From: an uncultured Chloroflexia bacterium
Lineage (GTDB): Bacteria; Chloroflexota; Anaerolineae; B4-G1; SLSP01
DNA: 64,000 nt
Direction of reading: 5' to 3'
Assembly (NCBI GenBank): GCA_963751345.1
Contig: CAVVUS010000030.1
Coordinates: 32,001 to 96,000 of the forward strand
Of the stretch, positions 41,404-52,796 are shown in pieces (the first letter of the stretch is position 1; each line of letters begins with the position of its first letter). The translations under genes were made by a program, and so were the position numbers. The notes under the pieces were generated by a model. The model worked only from the letters and a program-made list of their open reading frames with translations. It made no database searches and had not been told where the DNA came from.

Positions 41404-43083
41404 TCAGCTCGATCCACCGCCGCCCCCACCATCGGAACCGCCACCACCGCCAGAAGTCCCCCCTCCCCCCCCGGAGATCGAGGTAGAGCCGCTCATACTC
41501 ATCACCGCCTTCACCAGGTCTTCACCCCACACCTGGGTAGAGTCGATGTCCAACAACTCATCCAGTTGGAGATGATCGTCGCTGGTCAGCGAGGTCTCCC
41601 GGAAGAAGCTGCCGGCTGGGAAGATGGGTGCTTGCCAGAAGAGCAGCGGGTTGGTGGCCCCCGAGCCTTGCATCGGGATGGCAAACCAGCGGGCGATGAA
41701 CGCGCTTAAGCTGAGTGGGCCAGGCGACTGCAGATGGAAGTTCCATAGCTCCGTGCGGTACGCCGCCACTTCGGCGCCATCCTCGTCCATAAAGGCCACG
41801 GCGTGCTCGATATCGGTGTAGAGGCTGCGGCGCATCGCATTGGCCGAGCCAATCAGCGCCCATTGATCGTCGATGATGGTGCTCTTGGTGTGGATCAACC
41901 GCCCATTGCCGAAGACCTCAGCGGATCGGTCCAGAAACAACCCGACGCGAGCCGCCTGGGAGGCACTTAACCCGTTCAGCAGGACGGTGTTGACGCCCAC
42001 ATGGAAGGCCTTGGTCAGGGCCTGCGGGGAAGGGGCAGTCGGGTCGTCGGCGCCCGCCACCAGGATCACCTTCAACTCATTATTGGCCTTGATCGCCTGG
42101 TTGATCCAGCCAAAGATCTCCAGCGACGAGAAAGCCTGGTCCTCAATGTAGATATAGGTGCGAGCCGCCAGAATCGCGTGCTTCCACACCGCTTTGATCT
42201 CCTGGGCGCCGGAAGGCGCAAAGGAAAGGGGAGCGTTGCTGGGAATCGACATGCCGAGGCTGCTGCCGGAGTAGAATCGCATCTGGGGAAGAGTGCGCGC
42301 GCTCTGGACGTGCATGTGCCCACCACTGCTGGTCAGGGTGCGGGCAGGCAGGTCGGGCATCGACGTAGTGTGGCTATCGAGGGTGATCCGGGCACGGGTC
42401 GTGCGCGAGACTGCCGAGAGGCCCGGTGAGACCGGACGGCTGCGAACCTCGTTCCACATCGCGCGGAACAGGTCGAACAGCCCCTGAACGGCGGGGCCTG
42501 TCACCTGTGCCTGGACGTCATGCCAGAGGCGCTGCATGTGGCGGACCTTCTCCAGATCGATGCCCCCCGTGTACCCCTCGGCCCACGTCGTGCCGCCTAC
42601 GATGGACATCTTGGTGTGCACCGCACCGGCCGGATGGGCCAGGATGTTCAGCACAGCTTTGTTGCGCAGCGTCGCTTCGGCACGCAGCAAGTTGATGAAC
42701 GTCATCGTGTCGCCGTTGATATCCAGACCGAACAGGCCGGCGCCGGCGCTCTGCACACGTGGATTATTGAGCACCTCGGGCGCCATCACCCAGCCCAGGA
42801 CGCGCACATCCACCCCGGCGGCAGACTTGGCCTTGAGTAAATCGGCCAACAGGTTACTGCTGGTCGGGCCATCCAGCGAGAAGTCCGGCCCCAACCACCA
42901 CCCGGCGATATAGACGAAGGTCAGGTCAGATCGATTGAGAGCTGCCTTCAGGCGGTCGAAGTAGACCTTGTCGCCGGTCGAATTGTAGATGAGGTGATTG
43001 ACCCGGCTGTTGGTGAACGAAGCCACCGCCGGGGAGGTACCGGAGTACATATATCGAGCTTTCAGTTCGCTAAAAGTTGGCAT
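41404..43083 (-). CDS. Phospholipase D superfamily protein with two HK(D) motifs and Gly/Ser tail
   Basis: 'HTKMSIVG...GGIDL...WHDV', 'YIYIEDQAF', 'IHTKSTIIDD...IGSAN..RRS...D.E'. Confidence 0.9.
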   Translation of the reverse strand: MPTFSELKARYMYSGTSPAVASFTNSRVNHLIYNSTGDKVYFDRLKAALNRSDLTFVYIAGWWLGPDFSLDGPTSSNLLADLLKAKSAAGVDVRVLGWVMAPEVLNNPRVQSAGAGLFGLDINGDTMTFINLLRAEATLRNKAVLNILAHPAGAVHTKMSIVGGTTWAEGYTGGIDLEKVRHMQRLWHDVQAQVTGPAVQGLFDLFRAMWNEVRSRPVSPGLSAVSRTTRARITLDSHTTSMPDLPARTLTSSGGHMHVQSARTLPQMRFYSGSSLGMSIPSNAPLSFAPSGAQEIKAVWKHAILAARTYIYIEDQAFSSLEIFGWINQAIKANNELKVILVAGADDPTAPSPQALTKAFHVGVNTVLLNGLSASQAARVGLFLDRSAEVFGNGRLIHTKSTIIDDQWALIGSANAMRRSLYTDIEHAVAFMDEDGAEVAAYRTELWNFHLQSPGPLSLSAFIARWFAIPMQGSGATNPLLFWQAPIFPAGSFFRETSLTSDDHLQLDELLDIDSTQVWGEDLVKAVMSMSGSTSISGGGGGTSGGGGGSDGGGGGGSS

Positions 43084-43094
43084 ATGTCACCTTG

Positions 43095-45607
43095 TCAGAA
43101 CTGCGGCATGCGGAGAAGAAGATGGTCGCGAGTGTCTTCGGTAAACTCGGTGCTGTTCTCGCTTCCATCATCCATCATCACAGTAAGCTTCCATTGTGTA
43201 AGTGCGGGCCAGGGCATCCGGCAGGCGGATCTTCCACTCCTGGCGCTGGGTGGCCACATCGTCGCGGATCAGGATCGAGGTGCTCTGTTCGAAAAGCGGG
43301 TCGCCCTGTGGATCCTTGTACTCCAGGTCGACGACGAGGGCGCTGACGCCCATATCTGAGAGATCGGGGCCGATATACTCGACCACTACGTCTTTGACGC
43401 GCTCGGCTGGGATGCCGACCCGAACGTTAGCGGAGGGCGACTCTTTCCACGGGAACTCCTCCAGCCCGCCATCCTTGAACAAACGACGCTCGCGGAAGCT
43501 CAACACCGGGCGCGGCGTCGGCTGCGGCAGGCGAATCGAGAACCGCTCCGGTTTGAGCGCTTGCGTCAACTCCAGGCTGCGGCTATCGAGCAAGTTACTG
43601 TTCTGTTCTGTCTTCAGATCCACCAGCGCGCTCTGCAACTCACCCAGCGGGTCCTGGAGGATCACGTCGCCATCAAGACGGTTGGCCGGCGGCGCGCTGA
43701 CCACCACCACACTGCCGTCCAGGTTGGCGTCGGGGTCGGGCAGTGTCTGGGCGGGCAAGTCCTGCTGGGTGCCATCCGCGAAGAACAGGCTGGTCTCTAC
43801 GGTATAGGTGTCGGCAGGGTCTGCCAGGCGGATCGCGACGGTTTGGGCCGGGTCGCCGGGCTTGAGGTGCAAGGTCGCCGCATCGTCGACGCCATTGGCA
43901 GGGCTGACGTAATGCAAGCGCACGTCAGCCTGGCTCACGTCAGTCGGCAGGTTGGGCGCCGGCTGGACCGTCACGGAGCGGACACGCCCCAGCACGGACG
44001 GATGGACGCGCAGGCTGCGGTCCTCGGTGGTCACCCAATCGGTCTCCAAACGTGGCGCTTTGAGGCCGATGCCGAAGTCGGTGCGGTAGTCGGCAATCAG
44101 TTTGTACTCGTACGACTGGGTCAGGGCCTTGTCGACAAAGAAGGTGAAGTCAGCCTTATCGTCAGCGGAGCGCAGGATGGATTCGACGCTGTCCTTTGGC
44201 TTGGTGCCATCCGGGCGGGTGCCGTAACGCAGTTGGACGGTCATCTGGGTCAGGCCTTCTGCAGTGAAATCCACACCCGCAGCACTCACATCGATGTTGA
44301 TGCGCTGGAAGAAGGGGTGGTTCAGGTCAATCGCCTGGATATGGCGCCGCAGCTCTGCCGGACTGGCGAGGAATTGGATGAAGCTCTGCGGGGCAAAAGT
44401 CTGTTTCTGGGCGGTGACCTGGGTCAGGGAGTACGTGATCGTGCGCTGCTCTTCCTGGCGCAGTGATTTGAGGGCGTAAGCCGCCTGCGGACGGCCCAGG
44501 CGGTTCCACAGGTCCGTAGCGGTGTTGCCTCCGCCGGATGCCGGCTGACCGCCGGTGGGTTGGGTGCCGCTGGGCTGCGCCGTGCCCGAGCCGACCCGAC
44601 GCCGCCGTCTGCGCCCCTGCTTGGTTGCGATATACCTCGCTCAGCCCTGTGGCCACCGCGGGCGCGATACCTTGTCGCAGCGCGGCAAGGGCGGGCGGCT
44701 GTCCGGCTGAGGCCGCTGCATCGGAGGCGGAGAGCGTCGTTGGCTGCGTCTTCGGCTGCCCGGGGGTCAGCGCCGGATTGAACAGCGCCCCGGTTGCCAG
44801 GTCCTTCACCACCTGGTCGATGTGGTTCTGGCGCTCACGCACCGCCTCGGGGGTGGAAAGCTCCAGGGTTCGAGCTGTCTCGCGGATCTTGATCGACTGG
44901 TTACGCTTGAGCTGCTCCAGGATGTTATCCACCTCGGTCTTGAAGAACAAGGTATTCAGGCTGAAGCGGTTCTGCATATAGGTGTAGGCCGACTTGAAGT
45001 CGATGGTGATCTCCAAATCGTAAGCAGGCAGCAGGCCCACGTACTCAAGCTCGTAGATCACGCCCACCGGGCGAGCCGTGACCGAGCCGCTCAAAGCCCC
45101 CAGGAAGAAGGCTGCTCCCTCCTCGCTGAGTGAGAAGGAGAAGATAGCGCGATTGGCGGCGTCCAGGGAAGGCGTGCCCGCGCCGAGGATGTTCTGGATG
45201 AAGCGCGGCCCGCTCGCGACCACCGGCTGACCATCGGGCGTAGTCTCTGAAGCCACGCCCCCTTTGAGGGCATCGCTGTCCTCACCCAGGGCAATCACGC
45301 GCACGGTGCCCTTGGTCAGCGGCACTGAGGCCAGGGTAACGTTGTCGCCAAAACGCTCTTTTAGCTGACTTTCAATGCGATCCTTAAGGGTCCCAATGCC
45401 CGTCTCCACCGCCATGTTGAGGAAACCGCCGGAGAGGGTCGTCCCGGACGCGCCACCACGATTGTAGGTGAAAAGGTCGAAGAGCGGATCACCACCTTCA
45501 CGAGCGATGTGTGGCTGACCGGGGAGATAGTAGAACTGATCCGAGGCATCGGTGTCTTGAAAGACCGTGATGCCGAGAATTTCCATTCGAGATTCCAGAT
45601 TGAGCAT
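43095..45607 (-). CDS. Paralogue 4 (~836 aa; frameshifts near 44590 and 43195)
   Basis: 'VFQDTDASDQFYYLPGQPHIA', 'GGFLNM', 'PSLDAANRAIFS'; joins ORFs 44327-45607 and 43168-44289 and a tail ending TGA at 43095. Confidence 0.8.
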
Positions 45608-45640
45608 GCTCCCTCCTTCGGGAAACGAGCCCTCAATGAC

Positions 45641-47934
45641 CTACAGATTCACCACCTGCAGCACGAGCAGGGTGGTACTGGACTCTTTCCACTGCGATTC
45701 CTGCATCGTGCCGTCCTTATGGAAACTGATCGTCTGGTAACGATAGTGAAGCGGGACGGACGGCGGCAAGGTCAAGTCGACGGTGTCGCTCGTCGCCGTA
45801 CCATCAAAGAGAAGGTTGACCGCCTCGTCGGGATTCCCCGGCGGCAGGCCAGGGGCGACGGGTAGGAAACGCACCTGCACGCCGTCCAATCCTGCTGCTT
45901 CCAGGGCCGGGCCGAGAAGTTGCACCTTGACCCGTCCGACTTTGTGGGCCTCGGCACCGACGGTGATAGACGGTCCATCCTCGCTCTCCCAGTCGCCCTC
46001 GCTGACCATGCCCGGCTCCTGAACGGTGACCCGGTAACGCACGGTCTGCTTGTTGCGATCCAAGATGGGCCAGGTCAAACGGACCGCTGCAAAGGGAGGA
46101 TCGATGTGGACCATCCGGCGGCGGTGGTAATCGGCCTCCCGGTCATCGTACTCAATTTCGACGGTCAGGCCCTCGACCGTCGCGCCCGAAGGGATGACCG
46201 GCTTGATGGTCAGCTCGCGTTCGCCGGCAAATGGGGTATCCACTTCCAGCAGCCGCTCGCTTGAGCTGAGTGGCGGGGCGGTCCAGGTACCATCGTCGAA
46301 GGTAAATGTGTAGGTCGCGGTATAGGGATTGAGATCGGTAGTACGGGTGCGCACCAGCCAACGCGGCGGGGTGGCGGGCGGCTGGGAGGGCGTCAACCGG
46401 AAATGCTCCTTGGCACTGAACTTTGCCGTCCGGTGAGCTGTATGCCAGATCGACGTCCACCTGGCGAACGTCGGCGTGGATGCGCCCCAACTCGACCTCC
46501 ACCTCCAGCACGCCAAAGTCTGCTGACGGGTTGATCGCCAGCGACCGCCCTGTGCGCTGGAGAGGCGGAAGCTCGTAACGGAAGCTGTCGCTGTCGGCTT
46601 GATCACGGGTGAAATCATAGGCCAGGGCAAGGGTGTAAGCGAGGCTCTGACGCCCATTACGCTGAAATGCGACCACCTTATCACCGGTCGAGTCGGGACG
46701 GAAGAGCACCGACTGTGTCTCGGCTGCCCCATCGCCACCGTACACCAGGGTCGCTTCGATCTGCCGGATGCCCAGGGCCGTGAACTCCTCCTTGGGTGGT
46801 CCGCTGACCAGAACCTCCAGCAGCTCGAAGAACGGGCTGCCGAGCGAGACGTGATGGATATGTTCCTGCAGCTGGCTAGGGGAGAGCATAGCCGGCATAA
46901 ACCCCTGCGGCGCGTGCGTGCGCTCCTCCGGAGAGCGCTCACTGTAGTCGTAGGTAGCCTCCTTAAGCTCCTCCTGGCGCTTGAACTGCAGCGTAAGGTT
47001 GACGGGCGCCGTGCTGCCAACCGTACCTCTCGCCAGACCACTCAGGGCTGAGGCCAGGTTGGTGGCCTGGTTAGGCTGGGTAGGCGGCGTGGGACGGAAC
47101 AGGTTCTGGATGATATCCTCTTTGAACAGCGACATGGCGCGGTCCTCGGCCTTCTGAGCATCCTCGCCCACCGCCTGGCTGATCAGCTCGACCTCGACCG
47201 CGTGCTGCTCGCGCAAGTAATCCAGGCCGGCCTCGACCTCTGCCTTGACCCATTTGAACTGCAAGCCCAGGCTGCCGCCGAAATGGGTATAGATCCGTGA
47301 GAGGTCAGCGTGGACGCGGGCCTCGACAGAAGGACGCAGGCCGTAGTAGTTCAACTCGTAGACCACGCCCACCGGTGCGGCGCCATCGGCGTACAGGCCC
47401 TGCAGGAAAGCTGCCCCGTTCTGACTCAGGCTGAGCGAGAAAATCGAGCGCAGGTCGCCCAACAATGAGGGCGTGCCGCTGCCCAGGATGGCCTCCACGA
47501 AGGTCGGGCGATTGTTCAGCGGTGCATCCGACGCCGCACTCGCCGGATCGCCGGCAGGAGACTTGAACTGGTCGAGGGCCAGAACGCTGACCGTGCCCTT
47601 GTGATAAGGGAATGGGGAAGAGCTGGATCTGGTCTGACGAGAGGCCGGTGGCTCCCTGCAACCCATCCAGAACGGCGCTGCGCTGAGCGGGGCTTAGCGG
47701 ACACTCGGTCGCCATCGTCAAGAATCCGGCACCCAACTCGTCGGGGATGGTGGTGCCCGACAACACCGAATGCTTCAGGTCCACGGTGTAGGTCATCAGG
47801 TCGAAGATCGGTCGCCCGGCCTGGCGGGCGATGACAGGGTTAGGCGCGGCATAGAAGAACTGGGTCGGAACGGCGTGATCACGGAAGACCGCGATGCCGG
47901 AAAACGAATAGAAAGGAGGTTCGAGCGTTAACAT
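45641..47934 (-). CDS. Paralogue 3 (~763 aa; frameshifts near 47609 and 46425)
   Basis: 'VFRDHAVPTQFFYAAPNPVIA', 'PSLLGDLRSIFS'; joins ORFs 47305-47934, 46152-47666, 45641-47041. Confidence 0.8.
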
Positions 47935-47936
47935 CG

Positions 47937-50301
47937 TTATGTGCTCACTGTCTTCGTGTTCAGGTGCACGATGAGCAGATCCGCCTGAGTCTGGATAGCG
48001 GGCAGATCGGTGACAAAGCCGTTGTTGTCGACAAACGTGGCCGTGACCTGCACGGAACGGGCAGGTGGGTCGCCCAGCAGATACTCCCAGGTGAGCGGTT
48101 GGGCTTCCTGTCCGGGAGGAATCGAAAGCTGGGTGTCCTGACGCGGCGGCCCGCCGTCCGGATCCAAGACCTGTAGATGCAGCGTCGCCGCGTTGAGCTT
48201 ATTCTGCGCCAGGCTGCCACCCAACGTGCGCACGGTGACGCGGCGGCTGTCGACCAGCCGGCGGTCCAGCACCAGGCGGTCATCGTCGGTTTCGCGCCAC
48301 GAGCCCTCCATCAGCGACCCGTTGGTGAACAACAAAGTGAGACGGTAGGCCAGGGTGCGCGGTCCATGAGCGTCGATCGGATAATCGCGGCGCAAAAACG
48401 GCGTACTGCTATCCAAGTCGATCTGTTCTTCATAATGGATCCCGTGGGCTTCGTCGTCGTAGCGAAGCTGGACAAAGGCCACCGACAGATCGCTCCACGG
48501 CAGGCTGGTGAATAGGTTGAGCGTTCGTTTGACCGGCATCGGATCGGGCACCGACAACCATTTGTCCAGGTGCGGCTGCCAGGGGATGGTAATCGCACCA
48601 CCTGCCTGGGGCAGGCGGTGGTAGGTCAGACGGTATTCGCAAGGCTGCGGGCCCGAGCCAAAAGCGGCATAGCGCCAGCTGCCCTGCGACTGCTCCACCT
48701 TCAACTCCACCCGCCCGGTCTGCGGCCCGCTGCCCGCCTCTGTGTAACGCAGCTCAACCGTCACCGCAGGAAACTGTTCGAACGAAAACGTCGGCGCCAC
48801 GGCGACCGTCAACTCTTGCACCCAGTAGACGTCGCGCGGCTCAACGTACAGATCCGCTGCGTTGCTGTCATTCCAGTCGGACTGCAGGGCCGGATGCGGG
48901 CCAAACGGCCCTGCGGGATCGAACAAGATGGTCGGGCGAAAACGGTAGGGCCGGCGCAAATCGGCGGGCGCTTCGCCGAGCAGGTTGACCACGTAAGGAA
49001 GCCGCTGGGCAGCAGAACGGAAAACCAGCGTCTTCTGATCGTGGCCCGCGTTGCTGCTGTCCAGGCGCTCCAGCTCCACCTGGACTTGTGAGAGCCCGTC
49101 CGTCGCAAAACGATCCTCCACGCCCACCTGCACCTCCAGGCGGGGAAAGCCCTCCAGGTTCACCTGCGTCAGCAGGCGAGCGCGCCGGGCGGGCCAGTCA
49201 GGGCGAACCTGACCATGCTCGTCCACCCGATAGTGATTCAACATACCGCCCAACGTGCCCTGCGGGATGACCTGGTGAGTCTCAGCCACGGCTTCTTCCA
49301 TGCGGGCAGAGAGCAGGCGCAGCTCGGTCTCCTGCAGATCGCGCAGCCGGTATCCAACGCCCGGCAGCACGCTGCGCACCAGGCTCCACACCGTATCATC
49401 GATCACCTGTCCAATGGAGTTGGCAGTCGCCGCAGCAGGGTCCGCCTGCGGGGCGAAAAAGTGCTCCAGGGTCCACTCGACCAGTTGGTTGCGGGCACGC
49501 TCGGCGGCTGCCTGAGCGCCGGCACCGGTACCGAATACGTCGGTCTGCACTCGGATGCTCTGCTCCTGGAGGGTTTCCTGGACCAGGCGCTCGGCGTCGG
49601 CGGCCACGATCCACAGGTTGGCCTTGGCCTTATCCTGCAGCGAATGGTAGACCTTGCTCCAATCAGCCTGGACATTGATCTCATAGGAGGGCCGGAGTGC
49701 GGCGAACGTCAGACGATAGATAGCGATCAGGGGCAGATCGGGAGCCTCAAGGGCGCGCTCGACGAGCTCGGCAGCGGTTTCATCCAGCAACAACTGGAAG
49801 ACTGCGCGATTGTCACCACCCAGGGAAGGCCGCCCCGCCCCCAGGAAATGGATCTGGAAAGGGCCACTGCCCGCCCCCGCATCAGGGAGCTGAGGTTGGC
49901 TGGGCCCGGTCGATACACCGCCCTCCGATGTGCCTCCGGATGGAGCGCCGGACGTGCTCCCCAGGGCAATAAGCTCGACCGTGCCACTATCATAGAGGAC
50001 CGGGGCCAAATGCAGCGGGCCGGTGTTGCCTCCCAGGCGGCTGGCGAGCCTGCCCGCCAGATCAGCCAGAGTCGCTGTGGGCACGTCGAGCTCGGTGGTC
50101 AAGGTCAGCAGGCCGCCCGAGATCCTTTGGGCACCGGCGCCTCCCCCCAGGTACTGCACCAACGAAAACGACGGGCGCCCATCCTGCTCTTGCGCCAGGG
50201 AAGGCGCGGGCGGGAGAACGTAGTATTGGCGCGGATCGGCATGGTCGGGGCAGAAGAGTGTAGCCCTGGATCACGTGATAGGGCGGCGTTAGGGAGATCA
50301 T
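47937..50301 (-). CDS. Paralogue 2 (~787 aa; frameshift near 50248)
   Basis: ATG 50301 'MISLTPPYHVIQGYTLLP' + 'DHADPRQYYVLPPAPSLA' joins ORF 47937-50162; 'PSLGGDNRAVF'. Confidence 0.85.
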
Positions 50302-50302
50302 C

Positions 50303-52582
50303 TTAGTCCGGCTGTGTTGGCAGGAACAGGAAGTCGTTGATGGCGCTGATGTGTCCGGCCTGCGCTCGCGTCGAGGCGCCACCGCCGTCCGAGGCGCCCA
50401 GGCTGCGGTGCGTGCCGTCACTCATGATGTACTCGACGTTGTAGGAGTAGTCGTTCACATTGGCGTCTTGGCGGGCGATCGTCCAGGTCTGCGGGGTGGC
50501 ATCTTTGAAGACCAGGGCTTCACTGTCCACGAAATTGTGGGCTGCATCGCGGTACTCCAGACGCACGATCACGCGCTTGACCTTGGTGAAGTCGATGTCG
50601 GAGGGATCTACCGACATCGTCACTACCCCGCCGGGCGCATTGCCCACGACAAGTGCCTGGGCATCGGTGTCGCGCTCTTTCCAGTCATCCTGTTGGACAA
50701 CGGCGTTCTTCATCAAGAGCGTCTGTGCGTAACGGTAGTTGCGTCGCTTTGGGTTGCGAAGCGGGAAACGCCAGGCAAGGGGATTCTTGGCGGCTTCCGA
50801 GAAGCTCTTGGAGGTTGCCATACGGTAATCGCTATCCGGATCGTTATATTCCAGGTCGACCACCAGTTGAGCCACCTCTTGCCAATCAACAGCAGGGATG
50901 ATCGTCAGACCGAACGTCTCGTCAAAGGGCGAGTTGACGGTGACGAACTGCTTCTGCCCGTTGCTCGAGTCCTGCTGAATCCACTCACCGGTGGAACGGT
51001 GCAGGTCGCCGGCCTCATCGGTGAAGACGTACGTGGCACGATACTGGTAGGGTTGGTCCCACGGGGCGTAGATCACGCGACGATAATCCTTGGTCGGGTG
51101 ATCCTTATCAAGCAGCAGCGTCTCCGTGACATCGGGGACCTTGCGCTTGGGATCGGCGTAGCGCACCTCTACCTCGACGCTCTGCAGCTTATCCTCGAAA
51201 CTGGCAGCGGCGGCGGCGAAGTTGAGTTCGATCACGCCGGGATTGGGCACGTCGAGGGTCAGGTTGCGGACCATCGTATCGAAGCTCTGCAAGGTGGTCT
51301 GCAGCACCGGACCGGATTTGTAGTTGACCTCCAGGTCCACGTGATAGAAATCCTTGCCCACCTCCGCGAGGCGGGTCTTGAACTCCTTTGGATTCCGGTC
51401 GTCGGCGGTGAACATGACACTCTCACGCTTCGTCAGGCGGGTACCGTCGGGCCTGGTCTGGTCATAGCTCAGATGACCGACTACGCTGTGGATGATGTCG
51501 CCGTACTGCTCGAAATCCAGGTTGGTATCAACGGTGACCTCCAGTGTGTTGAAGTACCAGGGAGCGTTGCCCAGATCGATGTCCATCACCACCTGGTCCA
51601 GCGCCGCGCCGACGAAGTCAGGGTTCACCTGAGAGCTGGGATTGTACGGGCGGGGAACGACATCGCGGTACGAGACATTCAGGTCAAAGCGTTTCTGAAT
51701 GTCCTGTGAGAGGAATGACATCCACTGGCTCTCGCGGTCGGCAGCGGTCTCGATCGTGCCACCCTTGAGGAAATTGTTCTTGATGAAATCGTCCATTGCT
51801 CGGAAGGCAAAAGACTGGAGCGATTCCATATCGTCGGCGGTGAGCGATACGCTGCCCTTGAGGATGGTGAGTTGGATCAAGCCCTGAGATTCCATCGTTT
51901 CGGCTATGGAGGTGCGGTGCGCCACCTCGTGGCTTTCCTCGTTGCCCCAGGTATCATCGGAAGTGACCTTCTCACGGGTGTAGCCTATGACCGCGGTCTT
52001 GACTTCCTTTGAGTCGACGTGCCCAAGGATAGTGATCGCCGGCAGCCGTACGGGAAAGGTCAGAGAGTACTGAATGGCCCCAACACTGCCGCCGCCCCTG
52101 AGGGCCTCGCGGAAGAGCGTAGCGCCATCCTCGGGCAGCTCGACGGCGACCGAAGCGGTGTTGTCACCAAAGAGCGAGGGCTTGCCCAACGTGACCTCTT
52201 TGACGAAGCGCTGATCCTTGAACGTGATCAGCGATATCTCGCCATCGGTGAAATCCACCGGCGCCAGCGACACCTGTAGGGGCACAACCTCGGTGGGGTG
52301 CTCGGTGCGGTAGCGCGACTGCAACACGGTGCGGATCTGCTCTACCAACTGCGGGTCCTCTTTGAGCACCGTGGTGAAGGTCAGATAGCCGCCACCTTTT
52401 TCATTCGACGGGCCGGGACGGTCGACTGCGAACTGGTAATACAAGAAGGTGAACTGCGGTTTGCCGGAGGGATCCACCGCGATACGCGGTTGCCGCGGTA
52501 GGTAGTAAAAGCGGGTCGCGTCCTCATCGTCACTAAATATCGACAATCCCTGGATCGTGTCGAAGATCGGAATAGTGATCAT
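50303..52582 (-). CDS. Paralogue 1 (759 aa)
   Basis: Intact ORF, GGGAGG RBS; 'IFSDDEDATRFYYLPRQPRIA', 'GGGYLTF', 'PSLFGDNTASV'. Confidence 0.9.
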   Translation of the reverse strand: MITIPIFDTIQGLSIFSDDEDATRFYYLPRQPRIAVDPSGKPQFTFLYYQFAVDRPGPSNEKGGGYLTFTTVLKEDPQLVEQIRTVLQSRYRTEHPTEVVPLQVSLAPVDFTDGEISLITFKDQRFVKEVTLGKPSLFGDNTASVAVELPEDGATLFREALRGGGSVGAIQYSLTFPVRLPAITILGHVDSKEVKTAVIGYTREKVTSDDTWGNEESHEVAHRTSIAETMESQGLIQLTILKGSVSLTADDMESLQSFAFRAMDDFIKNNFLKGGTIETAADRESQWMSFLSQDIQKRFDLNVSYRDVVPRPYNPSSQVNPDFVGAALDQVVMDIDLGNAPWYFNTLEVTVDTNLDFEQYGDIIHSVVGHLSYDQTRPDGTRLTKRESVMFTADDRNPKEFKTRLAEVGKDFYHVDLEVNYKSGPVLQTTLQSFDTMVRNLTLDVPNPGVIELNFAAAAASFEDKLQSVEVEVRYADPKRKVPDVTETLLLDKDHPTKDYRRVIYAPWDQPYQYRATYVFTDEAGDLHRSTGEWIQQDSSNGQKQFVTVNSPFDETFGLTIIPAVDWQEVAQLVVDLEYNDPDSDYRMATSKSFSEAAKNPLAWRFPLRNPKRRNYRYAQTLLMKNAVVQQDDWKERDTDAQALVVGNAPGGVVTMSVDPSDIDFTKVKRVIVRLEYRDAAHNFVDSEALVFKDATPQTWTIARQDANVNDYSYNVEYIMSDGTHRSLGASDGGGASTRAQAGHISAINDFLFLPTQPD

Positions 52583-52796
52583 AAAAATCCTCCCGAAGCA
52601 ATTTCACTCAGCCAAGACCCGGCATGCTTTGAAGCCACAGTGAACCACTTCGCGCAACCGATACCCGAACAGCACAACAGCAAGTGTCTAATTCCAGCGG
52701 AGGTAGTTGAGGAAACGTATCGTCGGAGATTGATACCAGCCCTCGACGACGAAGAATACTTCACGATGTTGAGGGCTGCTGCCCACTCAGCTACCC

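Noticed and set aside
35984-52582. Operon as eCIS, T6SS, Tc toxin or prophage tail
   Set aside because: No recognisable sheath, tube, VgrG/PAAR, baseplate, AAA ATPase, RHS/YD repeats or phage genes.
52579-52764. 61-aa Ser/Cys-containing ORF as a RiPP precursor for the prenyltransferase
   Set aside because: No convincing RBS or leader/core pattern, it overlaps the leader hairpin, and no protease or transporter is nearby.
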